This document shows, piece after piece, positions 1 to 9,140 of a stretch of DNA of 64,000 nucleotides (position 1 is the stretch's first letter; each line of letters begins with the position of its first letter). The notes under the pieces were generated by a model, which was not told the DNA's origin, made no database searches, and saw only the letters and a program-made list of their open reading frames with translations. The stretch lies in assembly GCA_019112895.1 (NCBI GenBank), contig DXIM01000010.1, forward strand, positions 50,992-114,991, written 5' to 3'. The stretch comes from Candidatus Stackebrandtia faecavium. Its GTDB lineage: Bacteria; Actinomycetota; Actinomycetes; Mycobacteriales; Micromonosporaceae. The translations under genes and the position numbers were made by a program.

Positions 1-354
1 GGCGCCGCACAGGACGAGGTCGTATTCCTGGTCTTTTAGAGCGGCCGCGAGGACTTTGGATGTCGAAACGGCACAGGAACCGGCGATCGCGTCGTCGACG
101 ACGTGGACGGCGGCGTCGGGTCCCATGGACAAGGCTTTGCGGATCGACTCCGTCGCATGGTCGGGGCCCACGGTCAACAGCGTGATGTCGCCGCCGTGTT
201 CTTCGACCAATTTCAGTGCTGCCTCGATGGCGTGCTCATCGATCTCGTTTATGACGTTGGATGCCGACGCGCGGTCGACCGTGAAGTCGTCTGTGCTCAG
301 GTGGCGGTCCAGACTCGAGTCTGGCACCTGCTTGACGAGGACAACAATCTTCAT
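1..354 (-). CDS. etfB: Electron transfer flavoprotein beta subunit (5' part; runs off window start)
   Basis: Manual translation of minus strand from ATG at 354: MKIVVLVKQVPDSSLDRH...NEIDEHAIEAALKL...LTVGPDHATESIRKALSMGPDAAVHV...YDLVLCGA, a typical EtfB/FixA N-terminus. Not in the ORF track. Confidence 0.93.
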   Translation of the reverse strand, partial: MKIVVLVKQVPDSSLDRHLSTDDFTVDRASASNVINEIDEHAIEAALKLVEEHGGDITLLTVGPDHATESIRKALSMGPDAAVHVVDDAIAGSCAVSTSKVLAAALKDQEYDLVLCGA

Positions 355-532
355 TGGCCCGACTTTCCTCCTGCTGCGGCTTAACGGACGTTCAGCGTTT
401 CATCTTCGCTTGCGTCCTTGTGGCGGTTGCGAGCGGGTGCCCTGCCACATGGCAAATGTTACCCGGCGATGTTACCGCCGAGTAACCAGTGTCTGTTCGT
501 CCGTGTGACTCATCCCATTTACACTCTTTTCC

Positions 533-1147
533 GTGGCCCGCAACAAAGAACAAGCGACCATTGCATTCGTAGGCATCGACGGAGCGGGAAAGACCACACA
601 GGCGTCCTTGCTGACCCGACAACTAAAGCAGCTCGGCCGCCCGGTCACTTACCGACTCGCCGCCAGCGGGCGCAGAGCGTTCAGTCGCGGCGCCCGCCGC
701 CTCGGCCATGCCGACGCGATCTCCCTATTCGGCCCCAGGTTCGCCATCCGCGCCGAAACCTGGTTGCGATACGCGAATCTTCGTATCGCGCAACGGTCGT
801 ACCTGCTTGTCTCGGACCGTTACGACGTGTGCCAATACGCGCGAACACGGATCATCTGCCCAGAAATCGAGCCATGGGTCAGGCGACGCATGGGGAGACT
901 GCGCAAGCCCACGCTCACTCTTTTCTTCGACCTCGATCCGACGATCGCCCATAAGCGAGTCATCCAGCGCGGCATCGACAAGGAAAACCTCGACGACCTC
1001 AAGGCCCTCGACGCCGCATACCGGTCGCTACCGGAGGCTCGCGAGTTCGTGCACGTCGACGCTGCCGCGCCTATCGACGACGTTTTCGAAACGATCCAGC
1101 ACGAAGTGCGACGCAGACTACCGGGTTTCTACGACGGCGAGGCATGA
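533..1147 (+). CDS. Thymidylate kinase family protein
   Basis: P-loop FVGIDGAGKTT, DRY motif and LTLFFDLDP..AHKR lid region, as in dTMP kinases. Confidence 0.8.
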   Translation: MARNKEQATIAFVGIDGAGKTTQASLLTRQLKQLGRPVTYRLAASGRRAFSRGARRLGHADAISLFGPRFAIRAETWLRYANLRIAQRSYLLVSDRYDVCQYARTRIICPEIEPWVRRRMGRLRKPTLTLFFDLDPTIAHKRVIQRGIDKENLDDLKALDAAYRSLPEAREFVHVDAAAPIDDVFETIQHEVRRRLPGFYDGEA

Positions 1148-1154
1148 TGGGTAC

Positions 1155-1439
1155 ATGGGCCGAGTCCTGCTGTTTACCGTCCTGCTGTACCTGGCGGCTT
1201 TGATCACCGGCATCGCCGACTGCCTGGGCAGCGAGGAAGAGCCGCGTCGGTTTCGACGCGGCATATGGGCATTGCTGATCGTGGTGCTACCCATCGCGGG
1301 CACCGTGTTGTGGTTCACCCACGGCCGCCCGACGAAGAAGCGCCGCTCGGCGCGGGCGCGCTCGGGCCCGGTCGCGCCGGACGACGACCCGCAATTCCTG
1401 GCTGACCTCGAACGACGGCTGCGCGACGACCAGAACTAG
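1155..1439 (+). CDS. Small membrane protein with PLDc_N-like N-terminal domain
   Basis: MGRVLLFTVLL...DCLGSEE...WALLIVVLPIAGTVLWF...APDDDPQFL; ATG at 1155 within ORF 708..1439. Confidence 0.8.
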   Translation: MGRVLLFTVLLYLAALITGIADCLGSEEEPRRFRRGIWALLIVVLPIAGTVLWFTHGRPTKKRRSARARSGPVAPDDDPQFLADLERRLRDDQN

Positions 1440-1506
1440 GCCCGTCCGCGACACGACGGGCATATCCGCCCGGGGCACTGCGGCCCCACGTGCCACAATC
1501 CTCGCT

Positions 1507-2775
1507 GTGCGTATCTTGATGCTGTCCTGGGAGTATCCACCGGTCCTCGTCGGCGGCCTCGGTCGTCACGTCCATGCGCTGGCCACCACGCTTGCTGCGC
1601 ACGGCCATGACGTGACAGTGGCGACCCGCTACGGGCAACACGCCGACGGCACGGACACGCTCCAGGACGAAACGGTCGACGGAGTCCGGATCGTGCGCGC
1701 ACCGGACGACCCACCGTTGTTCCCGTTCAGCAACGAGACACTGCTGCAATGGACCATGGCGTTCAACCACGCGTTGACCCGCGCCGCTTTGTACGCCAGC
1801 CGCACCCAAGACTTCGATATCGTCCATGCGCATGACTGGCTCGTCACGCATGCCGCGGTCACGGTGAAACAGCACCTCGACCTTCCCCTCATCGCGACGA
1901 TTCATTCCACAGAGGCGGGACGGCATCGCGGTTGGCTACCGGACAACACCTCCCGCACGATCCATTCGGTGGAATGGTGGCTGACATACCAGGCCCGGAG
2001 CGTATTGACCTGCTCGCAACACATGAAGTGGGAAGTCAATCAGCTGTTTTGTCTGCCGCCAGACAAGACCGAGGTCATCCCCAACGGCGTGGATCTGGAC
2101 ACCTTCGCCGTCGACGATGCTGCGGCCCGCGATGTCAGGGCCCGCTACGGCGGGGGACCGTTGATTGTGTTCGCTGGGCGCCTCGTATACGAAAAGGGTG
2201 TACAGGACCTTTTGGATGCCGCTGCGACGCTACGCACAAAGTATCCGCAGCTGCGCGTCGTCGTGGCCGGCGAGGGCAGTTACGACACCGAGCTACAAGA
2301 ACAAGTCGAACGACTCGACCTGCATGAGACCGTGACATTCCGCGGCTTCATCGAATCGTCGCAGTTGGCGCCGCTGCTGGCCGCGGCGGACTGTTTCGCC
2401 ATGCCGAGCAGATACGAGCCGTTCGGGATGGTCGCCCTGGAGGCCATGGCCGCCGGCGCCCCCGTCGTCGCCGGTGACTGTGGCGGATTGTCCGAGTTCA
2501 TCGACAACGGCCGCACCGGGTTCACGCACGAGCCCGGCAACCCGGAATCGCTGGCCCGCGCGATCGACCGTGTCGTCTCAGACGAGGGCGCAGCGTCGTC
2601 GTTGAAGCGTCACGCCACGAAGATGCTCGCCGAACATTTCACATGGGACACGATCGCGCGTCGCACCGTCGCGGCCTACACCAATGCCGCCCAGAAGGAA
2701 CGCCAGGTCGAGGCCGCGCTCGCCGCCCAGGAGCTGAAGGTCGTGATCCCCGACGGAAACCTGCTCGGGACATAA
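1507..2775 (+). CDS. Glycosyltransferase family 4 (alpha-glucan synthase-like, Rv3032 type)
   Basis: MRILMLSWEYPPVLVGGLGRHV, HAHDWL, GRLVYEKG, PSRYEPFGMVALEAMAAG. Confidence 0.92.
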   Translation: MRILMLSWEYPPVLVGGLGRHVHALATTLAAHGHDVTVATRYGQHADGTDTLQDETVDGVRIVRAPDDPPLFPFSNETLLQWTMAFNHALTRAALYASRTQDFDIVHAHDWLVTHAAVTVKQHLDLPLIATIHSTEAGRHRGWLPDNTSRTIHSVEWWLTYQARSVLTCSQHMKWEVNQLFCLPPDKTEVIPNGVDLDTFAVDDAAARDVRARYGGGPLIVFAGRLVYEKGVQDLLDAAATLRTKYPQLRVVVAGEGSYDTELQEQVERLDLHETVTFRGFIESSQLAPLLAAADCFAMPSRYEPFGMVALEAMAAGAPVVAGDCGGLSEFIDNGRTGFTHEPGNPESLARAIDRVVSDEGAASSLKRHATKMLAEHFTWDTIARRTVAAYTNAAQKERQVEAALAAQELKVVIPDGNLLGT

Positions 2776-2780
2776 AAATC

Positions 2781-2803
2781 GGGCTGGGAGTAATACCCAG
2801 CCC
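2781..2803. terminator. Hairpin between convergent genes
   Basis: gggctggg-agtaata-cccagccc, 8-bp stem just after the GT4 stop. Confidence 0.6.
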
Positions 2804-2818
2804 ACCGTGCGCGGTTGC

Positions 2819-3163
2819 TTATTCTTCGCCGCCGAACGCACCGGCCTCAACAAGGCGCTTAGTCGTGTCGCCCCAGCCCTGATCCGGGTAAGACTCGGCG
2901 AACGAGTCCAGCTCCATGCGAATCTTTTCGCCGTGACCCGCCTCGGCCAAGCCCTTTACTTCTTCAGCAAAGGCGTCCGAGTCGGTCGCGAAGTGGACCG
3001 TCTTGCCGTTGGTCAAGTTACGCACATAGACGTGCTTGCCCTTGTTCAGCGGGATCAGGTACTTGTACTCGCCAAGAACGCTTAGGCCACCGCCCTTGCC
3101 GGCTTGGCCGGCGCGGACGGATGCGCGCGCGGTTTTGGAGGTGTTACTTGCCATTGCCGGCAC
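2819..3163 (-). CDS. Hypothetical protein (114 aa)
   Basis: Codon usage looks coding; RBS-like gaggag upstream; no recognised domain. Confidence 0.65.
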   Translation of the reverse strand: MPAMASNTSKTARASVRAGQAGKGGGLSVLGEYKYLIPLNKGKHVYVRNLTNGKTVHFATDSDAFAEEVKGLAEAGHGEKIRMELDSFAESYPDQGWGDTTKRLVEAGAFGGEE

Positions 3164-3520
3164 TCCTCATCTGCTTGCTAATGCTGTGTGGACTGCTAAC
3201 CACGACATACTTTCGCGTGGTCTGAATAACCGTCGGCCGATATACCGACTTAAGCAACAATACCCGACGCCATATGGTGCCAAAATCGGCGGCCCGAGGC
3301 ACGCGGGAGACATCCGTGGGTATTGCAACAAAATTAATCACCAATACCACTGGCGCATCACAGGTATCGCAAGTCATGATAGAGCGAACAATCGCGCAAC
3401 GTGGTGCGACACCTGGTCCGATTAGGCAATTGGGTTGTGGCTTAAGTCGAAACGAAGGCGACAACACTTGCGAATGCGTTGGGGAAGGCGCATTACCGCT
3501 CATCTGCCAGGAGGTTTGAC

Positions 3521-4012
3521 GTGCCAACGCGTGGCGTTATATATGTGCACTCCAGCCCACCTGCGGTATGTCCTCATGTCGAGTGGGCTGTTAGTCGTGT
3601 CCTCGATTACGAGGTTGAGCTCGAGTGGACCACTCAGCGCGCCGCACCTTCGATGTGGCGTGCCGATTGCCCGTGGGCGGGCGCTCCCGGGACGGCGGCG
3701 ACGATCGCGACCGCGTTGCAGCAGTGGTCGATGCTTCGGTTCGAAGTCACCGAGGACCCCAGCCCCGGCGTCGATGGCGAACGCATCATGTTCGTCCCCG
3801 GTCGCGGTGTCTATCGCGCCGCCACCAGCGCCAACGGGGATCTGATGATCGCCGAGGACCGTATCCGCGCCCTGTTGGCGACGACGCCGGACAGCGAAAA
3901 CCTCAGGCACGGTCTCGACAGTCTGCTGGGCGCACCCTGGGACGACGAGCTCGAGCCTTACCGATTCAGCGGAGACGACGGCGCCCAAAACTGGCTGTCG
4001 CAAGTTAGCTAG
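3521..4012 (+). CDS. DUF3145 family protein
   Basis: GTG start after ggagg; TRGVIYVHSSPPAVCPHVEWA...LRFEVTEDPSPGVDGER...WDDELEPYR. Confidence 0.9.
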   Translation: MPTRGVIYVHSSPPAVCPHVEWAVSRVLDYEVELEWTTQRAAPSMWRADCPWAGAPGTAATIATALQQWSMLRFEVTEDPSPGVDGERIMFVPGRGVYRAATSANGDLMIAEDRIRALLATTPDSENLRHGLDSLLGAPWDDELEPYRFSGDDGAQNWLSQVS

Positions 4013-4061
4013 TCGGGCGTTCACGGTGGTGGCACCCGTTTCGCGCCACCACCGCAAGCAC

Positions 4062-4694
4062 TTAATCGAAGATCGGGCCCTGCTGCCGCGTGCGCTTCAG
4101 CTCGTAGAAGCCGGGGGTCTGTGCGACCAGTACCGCGCCATCCCACAGTTTTCCAGCCGCCTCCCCTTTCGGGGCGGGGGTCACGACCGGACCGAAGAAC
4201 GCGATCTGTTCCCCATCGGGCCCCGGCAGTGCGACGACCGGTGTCCCTACGTCCTCACCCACCAGGCCGATTCCAGCGGCATGCGACTGCCGGATCTCGT
4301 CGTCGTAACGGGTCGACGACGCGGCATCGATGAGGTCGGAAGACAGGCCCAGCTCGGCGATCGCCTCGGACAGCACCTCGTCGTCTTGACGCCCCTGAGG
4401 ATGGAAACGGGTACCAAGCGCGGTGTATAGGTCGCCCAGAACCTTGCGGCCGTATTTGTGCTGCGCGGCCGCGATCACCCGCACCGGTTTCCAGATCCTG
4501 CCGGACGCGATCATGTCGCGATAGTCGCCGGACAATTCGTCGAGCTTCGGCTCGTTAAGAACCTGCAGGCTCATGATGTTCCAGCGGACCTCGATGTCGC
4601 GTACCTTCTCGACCTCGAGAATCCACCGCGACGTCATCCACGCCCACGGGCATACGGGGTCGAACCAAAAATCCACGGTCGTCTTGCTGGACAC
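4062..4694 (-). CDS. DsbA/thioredoxin-fold mycothiol-dependent reductase (Rv2466c-like)
   Basis: DFWFDPVCPWAW, DVGTPV, FFGPV, FYELKRTR. Confidence 0.9.
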   Translation of the reverse strand: MSSKTTVDFWFDPVCPWAWMTSRWILEVEKVRDIEVRWNIMSLQVLNEPKLDELSGDYRDMIASGRIWKPVRVIAAAQHKYGRKVLGDLYTALGTRFHPQGRQDDEVLSEAIAELGLSSDLIDAASSTRYDDEIRQSHAAGIGLVGEDVGTPVVALPGPDGEQIAFFGPVVTPAPKGEAAGKLWDGAVLVAQTPGFYELKRTRQQGPIFD

Positions 4695-4891
4695 GCGTCA
4701 CACTCCCTTGTCTGTCTTCACCAACATCAGCGCTGTTCAAGCCTGAACTGTCGATGTTACGCCGGGACCAACCAGCGCACTCATGCCCGCACCGAGCACA
4801 AAGAATCCGCAAGAACACTTTCCGTTAATATTTTGATTTCGCAGGAACTCAACTGTTGCGTGCACCACGTTTCGATGCCAGACTCCTGCAA

Positions 4892-5674
4892 GTGGGAACC
4901 GCTGAACACATCGACGCATTGCGACTACAGGGCGCATTGTTGGCCGACGCCGCGGATGAAGTCGGCCTGTACGCCCACGTACCCACCTGCCCAGATTGGA
5001 CCGTCCGCGATCTCCTGTGGCACGTCGGAACGCTCCACCGTTGGGCGAAGACGATCGTGACGCAGCGCCGCACGAGCCCTCCTGCTGACGCGGAGGTCGA
5101 CCTGATTGCGGGACCAATCCCCGACGACGCGCTCCTCATCGAGTGGTACCGGGAGAGTCATAGTCAGCTACTGCGGGTACTCGAAACGGAACCTGCGGAC
5201 CTGTCGTGTTGGCAGTTGTTCGACGCCGCCTCCGCTTTGGAAGGTTGGGCGCGTCACCAGGCGCACGAAACGACGATCCATCGTGTGGACGCGGAGAGCG
5301 CCCGGGGCGACGAGATCTCCCCGATCGATGCGAATCTGGCCTCTGACGGCATCAATTCGCTGCTGCACGGTTTCCATGGCAGCCCCGCCAGCAATGTCCG
5401 CTCCCCCTTGCCCAAGACGCTGCGCCTGCACGCGACCGACGAACTTCTCGATGGCGGAGACTGGTTCATCCACATTTCCTCGCAGGCGCCGATCACGACC
5501 CGCACAGCGACCGGGCCCGCCGACTGCACGATCAGCGGACCGGTCGAGTTGCTGTACCTGGCCCTATGGAACCGTTGCCGCACGGACGACCTCAGCGTGA
5601 GCGGGGATAACAGCGTGGTCAAGCTTTGGCACGAACTGTCGCCAGTCGAATGGCCACTTTTGACTCGGACTTGA
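4892..5674 (+). CDS. Maleylpyruvate isomerase family mycothiol-dependent enzyme (MDMPI)
   Basis: VPTCPDWTVRDLLWHVG...HRWA, RHQAHETTIHRVDAE, ELLYLALWNR; start approximate. Confidence 0.88.
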   Translation: MGTAEHIDALRLQGALLADAADEVGLYAHVPTCPDWTVRDLLWHVGTLHRWAKTIVTQRRTSPPADAEVDLIAGPIPDDALLIEWYRESHSQLLRVLETEPADLSCWQLFDAASALEGWARHQAHETTIHRVDAESARGDEISPIDANLASDGINSLLHGFHGSPASNVRSPLPKTLRLHATDELLDGGDWFIHISSQAPITTRTATGPADCTISGPVELLYLALWNRCRTDDLSVSGDNSVVKLWHELSPVEWPLLTRT

Positions 5675-5754
5675 GTCCGGACCCCACACGGCGCTCGCCA
5701 AGTCGAATCGACTGGCTATTGTTTGGTTTAAAGCGGTGCCATACGCTTTGCGGC

Positions 5755-6531
5755 GTGGAAGAAGTCATTCTTGAGATCATGCGTCCGCTGATGACGTCAA
5801 CATGGATCTTTGTCATCATCTTCGGCGTCGCCTTCCTGGATGCGTTCTTCCCCGTCGTTCCCGGAGAGACGTCGGTGATCATCGCCGGGGCTTCAGCCGC
5901 GGCCATCGGCTCGCCCAACATCGTGATGGTGATAGCCATCGCTGCTATCGGCGCGTTCGCTGGAGACCATGCTTCCTATGTCATCGGCCGGTTCGGGCTG
6001 CGGTCGGCCGGACGCGGGATCAAATCGAGACTCGGGCGCACCTCCCTGGCACGGCTGGCCGTACGCGTGCGACGACGCATCTTCCACAGCCGGCTCGTGC
6101 GATACATGACCCGTTCCAAACGCACCGAACAAACGAACATCTTCGAATGGGCGGACGCCTCGCTCAATAAACGCGGGGCGGCGATCCTCATCACCGCCCG
6201 ATACATCCCCGGCGGCCGGACTGCGGTGACTCTCACGTGCGGCACGGTCCGCTTCTCTCTGCGCCGCTTCGCCGCTTTCGACGCGGTCGCCACGCTGCTG
6301 TGGGGCATGTATTCGGGCTTGATCGGCTACGCCGCGGGGTGGTACTTCGAGGGCCATCCGCTCTTGGCCCTCGGGCTGGGCTTCGTCCTGGCCATCGTCT
6401 GCTCGTGCCTCATCGAGTTCGTGCGCGGCCGGTTCCTCAAGCGCGTCGAGCGTCGCAAAGAAGCCACCCGCATGATGGAGCCGGCGCTGGACACAGCGGG
6501 CAGCACCCGCAGCGAAGAAACCGCGGCGTGA
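5755..6531 (+). CDS. DedA family membrane protein
   Basis: LDAFFPVVPGET, GAFAGDHASYVIGR, ARYIPGGRTAVTLTCG; start approximate. Confidence 0.9.
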   Translation: MEEVILEIMRPLMTSTWIFVIIFGVAFLDAFFPVVPGETSVIIAGASAAAIGSPNIVMVIAIAAIGAFAGDHASYVIGRFGLRSAGRGIKSRLGRTSLARLAVRVRRRIFHSRLVRYMTRSKRTEQTNIFEWADASLNKRGAAILITARYIPGGRTAVTLTCGTVRFSLRRFAAFDAVATLLWGMYSGLIGYAAGWYFEGHPLLALGLGFVLAIVCSCLIEFVRGRFLKRVERRKEATRMMEPALDTAGSTRSEETAA

Positions 6532-7241
6532 TCGTGCCGTCGATCGAGCCGAGCGTGTGCCAGGTGTGGTGGGCACGTCCCGGTGACGCCCGCGAAGCGC
6601 ATACACGCATGATGACTGGCCCCGAACGGGACCGAGCCGACGCCTACCGACGTCCGGTAGACCGCAATCGTTTCATCGTGGGCTGCGCCACGAGTCGTTT
6701 GGCCTGCTCCACTGCTCTCGGCATCGCTGCCGACGACGTTGCGCTGCGGCGCGAATGCCAAGACTGCCAGCGCCCTCACGGTAAGCCGAGGCTCGTCGAC
6801 GACGCGCTTCACCTTTCGGTATCGCACGCCGGCGACTGGGTCGTGGTCGCCGTCAGCCCCAGCGCGGAGGTGGGGATCGACGTGGAGCGGGTCGACCCAC
6901 GGGCCGTGAGCACGATCGTGTCTGCGCTCGGGCTGCCTCCCGGCACGGAAGCCGATGCCGCTTTTCGGGCCTGGGTCCGACTGGAGGCCGCGCTCAAGGC
7001 CACCGGGGATGGCCTACGCGTCGACCCGGCCGACGTGAGTTTCACGCCCACAGCGGACGGTACGGAGGTCTGTGTGGGCGAACGCCCGGCCGTCATCATG
7101 CAGGTCCACGAGCTATCCCCCGACGAGGATCACCGCGTCGCCGTGGCAATTGAGTCCATAACGGCCATACAGGTTCGACAGTATTCAGCGTCGTCGCTTC
7201 TGGAAACAAACCTAAACACCATATTATGGACAGTTCATTGA
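6528..7241 (+). CDS. Sfp-type 4'-phosphopantetheinyl transferase
   Basis: C..C.RPHGKP, SVSHAGDWVVVAV, VGIDVE, WVRLEAALKATGDGL; GTG overlaps the DedA stop. Confidence 0.88.
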   Translation: MIVPSIEPSVCQVWWARPGDAREAHTRMMTGPERDRADAYRRPVDRNRFIVGCATSRLACSTALGIAADDVALRRECQDCQRPHGKPRLVDDALHLSVSHAGDWVVVAVSPSAEVGIDVERVDPRAVSTIVSALGLPPGTEADAAFRAWVRLEAALKATGDGLRVDPADVSFTPTADGTEVCVGERPAVIMQVHELSPDEDHRVAVAIESITAIQVRQYSASSLLETNLNTILWTVH

Positions 7242-7309
7242 TATATCAATGACACTGGCACGCGTACCCCCTAATGCAAGCCCAAGCATCCCCTCATGGA
7301 GGTCATGCA

Positions 7310-7822
7310 ATGAAGCTCTCCCGGAAAATACTGCGTCCGCTCATCGGTGTGGCCGTCGCAGTTTCCGTATCCCTTGCCTCGGCTGGCACAGCCTTGGCCG
7401 TGACCGGCGACGACGTCGAAGCCAACGCCACGAAGCTCAGCCACTCCAAGGCAGTCTCTATGCTGGATGATGCGGGAATTCCCGTGGTGTCCAGCGGCGG
7501 CTGCTCCGACCGCAATAAGTCCAACTGCACCTCGCTGTCGCAAGTGAACAAGGCCTCCATCCAAGGCGCGATCACATTGAAAGAGGCCAGCGGATGCAAG
7601 CTGACCGTCACCGGCGGCACCGAGACCGGCCACGCCAGCGGCACCTACAGCCACTGGAACGGCTACAAGCTTGACTTCCGTATGACCAGCTGCCTCACCA
7701 GCTGGGTGAAGAACCACTACTCCTCGATCGGCGGTTCCAAGTGGAAGTCCGCCTCCGGCAACGTCTACTACTACGAAGGTAACCACTGGGACGTGACTTA
7801 CTACAACTGTGGTGGTTGCTAG
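7310..7822 (+). CDS. Secreted protein, probable zinc peptidase M15/LAS-like fold
   Basis: Signal peptide MKLSRK...AGTALA; S-H-W-N-G-Y-K-L-D (H-x6-D) and C-terminal NHWD; Cys pairs. Confidence 0.6.
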   Translation: MKLSRKILRPLIGVAVAVSVSLASAGTALAVTGDDVEANATKLSHSKAVSMLDDAGIPVVSSGGCSDRNKSNCTSLSQVNKASIQGAITLKEASGCKLTVTGGTETGHASGTYSHWNGYKLDFRMTSCLTSWVKNHYSSIGGSKWKSASGNVYYYEGNHWDVTYYNCGGC

Positions 7823-7834
7823 CAATACCTACGT

Positions 7835-7869
7835 CAGTGCCGGGCACCGTTGAACGGTGCCCGGCACTG
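7835..7869. terminator. Bidirectional terminator-like hairpin
   Basis: Perfect 16-bp stem cagtgccgggcaccgt-tga-acggtgcccggcactg between convergent genes. Confidence 0.85.
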
Positions 7870-7904
7870 CGCGTTGAGAGGCTTGATGGGTAAAGGTCAG
7901 CGAC

Positions 7905-9140
7905 TCACCATTGCGGCCGCAACGACATGTCCGAGTGGACACCGTCGCGCAGCTTCACCCCCAGCATCTGGTGCAGCTGGATACCATTGTGTTCGAAGCC
8001 GAGGCGCGAACCGACCAGATAAAGGCGCCACGCGCGCGCCGTCTGTTCCCCCGCAAGTTCGACCGCCTTCCCCCAGGATCGCTCCAGGTTGCCGACCCAA
8101 TCGCGCAACGTCAGCGCGTAGTGCTCGCGCAGGTTTTCGCTGTGCCGGACCTCGAAACCGGAATCATGCATCCTCGACATCAGGGTGCCCGGCCCCGCCA
8201 GCGAGCCGTCGGGAAACACGTAACGGGAAATGAAGCCGCCGCGGGTGATCGCGGGCCCGAAACCGTCCGGTTTGGTGATGCAGTGGTTCAGCAACCGTCC
8301 CCCGGCCCGCAACTTTCCATACAGCGAGGCAAAGTATTCCTTGAGGTTCTCGGTGCCGACGTGCTCGGTCAGACCGATCGATGAGATCGCATCGAACTCG
8401 GTTTCGTTCACGTCGCGGTAATCCAGGTAGCGCACCTCGGCCAGGTGACCGAGGCCCTGGGCCTTGATTGCTTTTTGTCCCCATTCGGCTTGTTCCTTCG
8501 ACAAGGTCACGCCGATGACGTTCGCGCCGTAGTGCCGCGCCGCGTGCGTGACCATGCCGCCCCAGCCGCAGCCGATGTCCAGCAATCGCATGCCGGGACG
8601 CAATCCGAGCTTTCGCGCCACGAGATCGTACTTACCGAACTGGGCACGCTCCAACGTCGCCGTCGGCCTGTCATACAGCGCGCACGTGTACGTCATGGAG
8701 TCGCCGAGAACGAGTTCGTAGAAGTCGTTGCCGACGTCGTAGTGGTGCGCGATCGCTTCGGCATCGCGTTTCTTGGAGTGTTTGCGCCCGGATACTTTGG
8801 CTTCGCGTTCCGGCAACGCAGGACGACGCAGTAGACGCACGCCGCCCATGGAATTGAAGATCTTCAGCATCTCCATCTTAGACATGTCATATTTCAGGGT
8901 CCATAGGGACTTCAGCGCCTCATACAGGTCACCCATCACGTCGACAGCGCCGGTCACGTAGGCGCGGGCCAGCCCCAGTTCAAAGCGGCGCGCGCTCACC
9001 AGGTAGTTCAGCGCGGTCTTGTCGCGGACATCCAGGACCGGGGCACCCGCTTGGGGACCAGCACTGCTGCCGTCGAATGCGGTGAAACCGACCGGAGGAT
9101 CGTCACCGACGATACGTGTGAATACTTCAGCCAGTCGCAC
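7905..9140 (-). CDS. Cyclopropane-fatty-acyl-phospholipid synthase family SAM methyltransferase (TmsB/BfaB-like)
   Basis: AIAHHYDVGNDFY, MTYTCA, LLDIGCGWG, SIGLTEHVG, RYVFPDG, HYALTLRDW. Confidence 0.92.
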   Translation of the reverse strand: MRLAEVFTRIVGDDPPVGFTAFDGSSAGPQAGAPVLDVRDKTALNYLVSARRFELGLARAYVTGAVDVMGDLYEALKSLWTLKYDMSKMEMLKIFNSMGGVRLLRRPALPEREAKVSGRKHSKKRDAEAIAHHYDVGNDFYELVLGDSMTYTCALYDRPTATLERAQFGKYDLVARKLGLRPGMRLLDIGCGWGGMVTHAARHYGANVIGVTLSKEQAEWGQKAIKAQGLGHLAEVRYLDYRDVNETEFDAISSIGLTEHVGTENLKEYFASLYGKLRAGGRLLNHCITKPDGFGPAITRGGFISRYVFPDGSLAGPGTLMSRMHDSGFEVRHSENLREHYALTLRDWVGNLERSWGKAVELAGEQTARAWRLYLVGSRLGFEHNGIQLHQMLGVKLRDGVHSDMSLRPQW

